DNA of 64,000 bases from positions 12,834,001 to 12,898,000 of the forward strand of contig OU015568.1 of the NCBI GenBank assembly GCA_907165135.1, in the 5' to 3' direction. Below the pieces are notes generated by a model. The model ran no database searches. It was not told the origin of the DNA and saw nothing but the letters and a program-made list of their open reading frames with translations. Positions 57,310 to 64,000 of the stretch are shown piece after piece. Both the position numbers and the translations under genes were made by a program. The DNA comes from Oikopleura dioica (Eukaryota > Animalia > Chordata). Each line of letters begins with the position of its first letter. The stretch's first letter is position 1.

Positions 57310-57610
57310 ATGTACTTCAGCTTCCTACACTGTTCACTCTTCCCCAAAAAAGTATTGCCACGTGATTGGATAAATCAGACAACTCATCAATAGTAAATCA
57401 GCATTTTTAAATGTACAGTTATTGTGCTTTCTAATTTTCTTATGCCTTTTTCTTGTTCGAAATTATCATTTTTATATATCACAACAATCGACCTAATATT
57501 CAGTCACGTGGCCAAATGGTTTATTTGTATGGCTTCGATTTAACTGAGATAAAAAAAAACTACCTGTAAGTAAATAGATCCATCAAAAATACTCGTTGTT
57601 TTATTGCAAT

Positions 57611-59083
57611 TTACTGGAAACATTGTTGAGTCTCAGCAGATGTAGTTCTTGTGATCTCCTGAAGTGAAAGAGCTGGGTTTTCGTGAGCATTTCTCACTAC
57701 TTTCGATTTTCGTATTTTAAAGAGAGTGAAGACTTCTTTTTTCAGTTGTCTACTTCCTAGAATGTAGAGAAAGGGATTCATTGCCTCGGATAATCGTAAA
57801 GCTAAATTTATTGTTTTTATTTCGGAGTCTTACTGTCATAAGAAATTACCCGAATATGCAGCAATATGAGTGAAATGAAGGACTCGATAGTTTTGGCAGA
57901 GAGCACCAAGATGATGTTCCTGGAAACCTTCTTCTTCCTTTATCCTGTTTCTCCAACCAACAAAACGCCCCTAAATAGAACTAGAGAACCTTAATGTTTT
58001 GTCGCCAACCCATGCAATATCTTGAATTGTCCACGGAGTTGCCCCAAAAACGAAGCCCCCAATAATGATCAGCAGCTGAATAACTGCTGATCTCCTTCTT
58101 GTCAATACTAAAATTCGGTTTAATCTTCGAATAAAACAGGCAAATGACCTCTTCTATCGGCAGTATTCCCAAGACTCTGCAATCGGGATCTATACTTCAT
58201 TATGTAATAAACCAAGTTGGCAGTGGCGAAGATGAGCAACAAAAAGGAAATCGCATAGATTATTCCAAAAGGGATGATGAGGGCTTTGAGCAAGTAATCT
58301 TTGGAACTTGCTGACTCGCCGAGAATATTCTCTAGGTTTGTGAATGGAGCTCGGTGCCGATGATCTAAAAAGCGTCAGTAACACTCATAAAAAACTGGCA
58401 GGACCTAGTGAAGATATTTCAACTGGTTGAATGACACCGTAAAGTGTCGCTGACAAAATCATGATTGGAACCGTCCAAGTTGAAGCGATCATCGCGATCA
58501 CTGTCGATTGCTTTGAAGCAGGTTCAAGTCTGATTTCTTGACTTTAACGGATTGTGAAAATTTTCAACCTGCACTTAAAATCTTTATCAAGGCAGATACA
58601 TAAGTACCGCAGCATCGCAAAAAGTGAAATATTCATCCATGTCGTCATTGTAGTAAGAAACTCGAGTGTTATGTAAAAATAAGCGACCCATTTGCTCAAG
58701 TCGAATGATGTCCGTCCTGGGTCTTCTCGATACCCTCCAATCGCTAGTATCAGTCGTTATAATTTTCAAGAACATAAAATCTCTATAACCTGATGCTCCT
58801 CCAGATAAAAGATCGGAGAATGCCAAAGAAAGTATAAACAAATTCGCCTTGCTCATCGATTTCATATGAAGAAGAACCCAAATCACGACCGAATTGGCAA
58901 AAAGTTGCAACACAAAAATGAGTATTCCCCATATTCGGATACTCCATTTGACCCCTAAAAATCGTAAGAAAAGTCAAGTCACATGTGCTTTTAGATACCT
59001 TCTGAAACATGAAGATATTCTTCCGCGCATTCGAATGTAAGATTTTCATTGATGTCCAAAATACTCTCTTCTACAATATCCAT
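57611..59083 (-). CDS. class A (rhodopsin-like) GPCR, orphan
   Basis: N-glycosylated N-terminus (NLT); TM1 FANSVVIW; TM2 NLFILSLAFSDL; TM4 STWTVP; TM6 IIGGFVFGATPW; TM7 MNPFLY. Confidence 0.8.
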
Positions 59084-59513
59084 TCAAAAAACCTCTTATT
59101 CGTTCTACAACGCTCAAGTATCCAGCGAGAATGAAGTGATACTCTTTTCGCGTCTGCGATATCATTTCGTCTACCTCGCTCTCTCACGGCCCAAGTAATT
59201 ATACTCTACTCAACCCTTTTTTACAAAAATCAAGCCGATTTACAAATAGTTTTTTAATCAATGAATAAATTGGTAGTTATGAGGTTTCTTATTGGTTAGG
59301 AATTCTGTACAGTAAGTTGTTGTTTTTGAACTGTCTCAACGACAAATGTTAAATAAATTGAAAATGTTAGTGAAAATTATTTCATTTCACAAGGGGATTT
59401 TTTCATAAAGTTGCATGAAGTTGAAGTATTGTCTTCGTTTTTTGGGCGACGAGGTATCTTTTCGAGATGATAAAAATTGATGTACTGCGCAGTATCAACG
59501 ATAATTGGAAAGC

Positions 59514-61992
59514 CTAGGACGATGAGAAGGAATCACAAGAAGACGATCTTGAGCTCGTCCGCGATATTGCCACGGGGGCCATTTTCTTGACGGGAGCAGC
59601 GGATTCGAAATTCGACGAAAATGTGAAACCTGACGAGCCAATAAGACTATCCCCGACAGATGAAGATTTTATTACTGGTGAACCTTCGTTATTGTCCTCT
59701 TCCGACGATGAATCAGAAAGAGCGACTGCGACAGCACCCGGTTCCTCGTCGTTGTTATCGTCAGAGTCCGATAAGTTCCATTTTGCGGCGCTCAGCTGTT
59801 CAGATATCGGAATTTCTGGGACGTTGCCAAGGGACCGAGCGCCAAGAGAATGATGTTTCTGGATCTCTTGCAGCTCCTGTTCCATGGACTTTAGAAAGTC
59901 ACTTCGATCATCATGATCAGCGACGGTTGACTGACTCGCGTCTGGAATGATGGAGCCCCCATCGTTTTCCATATCTGTGTCGAGCTCTGTAAGGCCGACT
60001 TCGTCGTCAGTGGATTCCAAGGTGATCTTTTTCGCCATCAGAACTTTCGAGCCCTAAAATGCATCAATGAAGAAATTCTGATTCAAAAGCTGGGAAAATA
60101 CCTTTGTTGATATTTGCGTTTTCTGCTCGTCGTCAGTAGAATCTGACTCCCAGGCCTTTTCCATCGCAGCCGTCTCCTCAACTTGAGTCTCTTCCTCAAC
60201 CTCTTGGGGCGAGTTATCGTCCGGCTCTTTTTCTTCCGGTTCTGTACTCTCTACGGGCGCAGGCTCGAGTTGAATTTTCTCCACTTTTGGGATCGGTATT
60301 TCGGGACTTTTATTCGAGCCCGTATTTTCTTCGTATTTTTTGTTGAAGAATTGAAGCATTTGATGAATTTGACTATCAGATGCTGGCTGGTTTTCACTTG
60401 TATCCGCCTTATCATCTCCTGTTGATTGATCGTCTTGACTTGTTTTCGTCTCACTCTCTGGCGTGACTTCCTCATTATTCAGGACATCGGCCGGAGAGCT
60501 GAATGGATCGTCTTTGAATGGATCATCAATAGTTATTGCGTTTTTCGAATCGCCACCTTCATCTTCTGAGCTTGATATTCCCCAGTCGACCTTCTCGACT
60601 GTTGCAGGCTTGCTTGAATCGATCACAGGAACGAATTCGTCCATGCCAAATGTGTTGTCATTTTTCGTGGGCCCGAAATCTTCCGTAAATCCGAATGAAT
60701 CCTTAAATCAGGTAAAATCATGATTTTGCTAAAAAGGTCGAGCTCTTACTTTTTCGGACTCCGCTTTAGAGCTCTTTCGCAGCACTGTGAAATTCGCGAA
60801 GTCGTCTTCGAAGGGTTTGACGACTTCGCTTGGAGTAGGTTCTTCATTATCGACCTTATCATCAGATGGATAATCAGGGACTAAAATAACGCCCTTTACT
60901 TTCCCATTCACGCGTAAAAGTTTGAATAAGCCCACTCGTCGCTGAATATATTATCCGCCCCTTTTTCATTATCTTACCTGGAGTCGCCGGTGGTGCTTGA
61001 GTTTCTTCTCCGGTATCATTGCCCGTAATCACTTCTTCTTGTGGCACTTCGTCTGAGACATCGACTGGCTCCTCAGCGTCTTCTGTCTTTTCCGGGGAGG
61101 CTTCTTGGTCACTTTCGGAGGTTGAAGATATTATCGAAGATTTGATCGGTTTTGCGGGTGTCCATGGTTCCACTGCAGAAACATTTCGCTCAGGCTTCGG
61201 CGGCGGTTCCGAGCTGCTCGACGAGTCCACATCCGGTTCAAAGGCTGGATTCGTTATGCTAAAATTTCGAGTTTAGCGAAAGCGAAAGGGCGCAATTCCA
61301 ACACCGGATTTGAGGAAAATACCTCAGAGGTCAGACCTCAATGCGCGATACCATCAACGACATAGTTATATAGGAATGGAACTGACCTGAGGCGTTCAGT
61401 TTCGTTGATAATGATTTCGTTTTTCTGCAAGGTAGGGTCGGGTATGCCTCCATCCGCCGCGCTGGACGAGCGTGGTGGGGGTGGTAGGGGCTTTTCGGTA
61501 ACACTTATCAAACCAGTATCTGAGGTTTCGGTTTTCTTCTCAATCTGCGGTACTTGAGGGCTTGAGTGCTCCGGTGCGACCATCACGTCGCCATCTTTAT
61601 GATGACTTTGGCCGGCCTCTTCGTTCAATTTCTCGGCAGCCAGAACTTGCGCCTTCAACACATGTTAAACATCATGTCTATTTTCCGGATTTTCCATGCG
61701 ATTTAAATTGTCAAGTATCACAAACGACATCCGTATTATAATATCTACACCTTTTGGACATGTTTTAAAGTGTCCTTTTACACGAGTTTAGTAACAAGCA
61801 AAGGTGTACCTGAAGCTGTGCGATCTGATCTTTGAGCATTTGGCGCTCTCGCGTGAAGTCTTCCTGAATCTCGCACATAGAAGATTGAAGCCGGATTAAA
61901 TCCTCTTCTGCCGGATTTGGGCCGGGTTCTTCGATTTCCTCCGTCTGCACCTCGATATCATTCATTTCGACTAATCCTGTGTTTTGAACGTA
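59514..61992 (-). CDS. acidic Ser/Glu/Asp-rich disordered protein with an N-proximal coiled coil (multi-exon, 5' end upstream)
   Basis: Chain of long ORFs with GT-AG boundaries (61765-61965, 61338-61661, 60874-61230, 60054-60644, 59514-60038); DPF/DDF-type motifs; family not recognised. Confidence 0.65.
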
Positions 61993-63101
61993 CTCGCACG
62001 TTGAGAACTTTTAAATTAAAATTTAATTTTAATTAAAAAGTCTCAAGTTTACAGATTTTATCGTAAAGTCCGTTGCGATAGAGGATGTAATTATGAGTCC
62101 ACCAAATGGTTAGATAAGGGTCCGTGTAATCCCCGAATAACACAGATTTCAACTTTTATCTTTTTGTTATGCGTTGAGTTTCGACCAAGTGGCTAGCTAT
62201 TATTTAACGATTGATGAGAATTTGGCACTAAAAAGAGTGGTTGGTATAAACTCCAGGGCCTTCTAGGAATAAGGAGGACGAACTAAATTAAGATCACTGA
62301 AAGGGTCAGTCGAAGATGCTCACGTGTGGAGCGTCGTGATGATCGAGCGAGGAATTTTATGAAAATTCTTGTGGTTAGGCAAGGGCGTGCTTGGTACGGT
62401 AGAAGCGAGATTTTATCAACCGGATTGGATCTAACTTCGAATCTGACGCTTTGACAGGCGGTCGAAACGTAAAGTCTACACGGTGAATTTCAACGCATCA
62501 CCCAGTCGCTTTACGCACCTGAAATTCTCGATCTCAAAAGGAAGGGATCATCCTCTAGCCCTGGAGCAAAAAGCTAGTTATAAAGTAAAACCGCCAGGGC
62601 TAGTTTAAGCCAAGTTGAGCCCCTCCTGGGTCCCGATAACCACTTTACGGTTCAGTAGTTGTCCTAAAGCGTTCATGAACCCGTCTGAGTGATGAGCGGA
62701 TCATTCTTCAAATTAGCCAAAAATTTGTAAATTGGCTTAGATAGAAAAGTGCTGACGTCCCCTAAGTCTCCAACGAGACATAAATTGCACGGTGGTATTT
62801 TAAACCGCCGGCACTTACGTTTTTTAGAAAATAAGAGCAGCATAATTTTAGCTCTGCGGGCGAGTTAAGGTGACATTTTCCCAGATTGCATAAAATTTGT
62901 CAGTTTTGAGCCCGCCAGGCTGGCCGAGAGAAAAATATAAACCAAACATTTAGGCCTTGGCGTCAAGGAGCTGTTTATTTGCCTGCGCGCCAAGATTGGT
63001 GGAGCTTCTTGAGCAGTAACCCAGTTATATAAGGGCGGTGGCTGATTTAGCATTTGTTGTCTACCGCAAAAGCGGTTCCGCCCAGCTAGAGGAAGAAGCC
63101 T

Positions 63102-63326
63102 TCATATCCTAATTATCTCCATTACACAACGTGGTGTCAGTTGTAAACACATTCCTGGCGGTGCGCTCGTTTGCGCCGTGTCGCGATATGCATTATTGAC
63201 TTGACCTTCTTGGGCACTTCCTGTTTGCACGCCGGTCCCATCCCCTGAGACCTTGGAGATGCCGTTCTGAGTGAGCGACTCTTCCACCTGATGGCGCTTT
63301 CGGCACTTTGATATCGACGATCCCAT
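63102..63326 (-). CDS. exon with an N-myristoylation-type start (possibly the first exon of the acidic gene)
   Basis: MGSSISKCRKR fits MGxxxS followed by Cys and a basic cluster. Confidence 0.4.
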   Translation of the reverse strand: MGSSISKCRKRHQVEESLTQNGISKVSGDGTGVQTGSAQEGQVNNAYRDTAQTSAPPGMCLQLTPRCVMEIIRI

Positions 63327-64000
63327 CCCGTGGAGTAACGAGGTTTAGATCTTCGCAAACTCTCTCGATATTCGCTTTTCTCTGCAGTTCATTTGCGTTA
63401 ATTGGTGGAAATAGGTTTACGACTGCTTTTTGCAAGGTGCAGTAATTTTCCAGAGCAAGGGTATTTGGTGTTTGCGCGCGTCGCCCGGCCGAATTTCGGG
63501 CTCGATTCAGAATTGAAGCACCAAGCGGTTCGGGGCAGGGCACCAACACCACCACCGCGCCCGCACGCCATACAATCCGCTGCCTGATCACCGAGGCCAC
63601 TGCTTCACAAGCCAGGACCGCTAATGCAAGCCACCTACACACGCACGCATTCACTGATCGCTCACATTCCGATTCCAGAGTTGCCATCGCAAAAGTTCAT
63701 CGAGGATAAATCCGATCAGCTAAACGCGCCGTTTCCTTTTAATCTTTGCAGAGGGATAATCCAATGTTCAAAGCAGATCAGAATTGAGAGGATTCCGACT
63801 AAGTAAGCCTCGGAAGAACATGCTTTCTATAATTAAGTTAACATCGCGCGTTGTATGAAACCTACCCAAAACACTAATTTCCTTTTAAAAATCGACAAAT
63901 AGGGCAGCGTGACATTTTCAGAAGGAAACACCTAATTGCAGCATTTTTCGATTATTATCTCATTATGAAATGCTGAGATATACACGTTACTTAATATCGA

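Noticed and set aside
63193-63687. 164-aa minus-strand ORF
   Set aside because: No recognisable domain; GC-rich region overlapping the more plausible MGSSISK exon in another frame.
1-64000. Prokaryotic defence or operon systems, rRNA, tRNA genes
   Set aside because: Spliceosomal gene structures throughout; no rRNA or tRNA sequence recognised by eye (tRNAscan-SE not run).

Overview
Compact, intron-rich eukaryotic DNA. Most introns are about 35-90 nt, several have GA/GG donors, intergenic gaps are short, and an env-bearing Ty3/gypsy element is present. Together these point to the larvacean tunicate Oikopleura (inference, not verified by search). Host genes in order: MFSD7/SLC49A3-like transporter; a small 2-exon ORF; ZP-domain protein; two tandem paralogs of a secreted mosaic protein (catalytically dead PLA2-like, galaxin-like, EGF, mucin, EGF, VWA); Cys-rich mucin; secreted M13 neprilysin; Cys-rich/Kelch-like protein; POMK; WSCD-like sulfotransferase with a nested antisense J-domain-like gene; TPST; a peptide-precursor candidate; chitobiase-type GH20; a dead trypsin-like protein; PP2C; NCAM/FasII-like; class A GPCR; and an acidic disordered protein. 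The centre (25879-39141) is a 13.3-kb Tor-like LTR retroelement with apparently identical 293-bp LTRs and a TTAT TSD. It has a SAP-domain Gag, a probable UGA-CUAG gag-pol readthrough, an LMDD RT and a paramyxovirus-F-like Env. It also has a near-identical internal 4.3-kb pol/env duplication separated by a 1-kb foreign insert. At least six non-autonomous TIR elements are present. Three are nested inside one intron, where the outer TIR appears to supply the 3' splice site. Another, with a 9-bp TSD, sits in a coding exon. Exon boundaries were read by eye and gene ends are approximate where stated.
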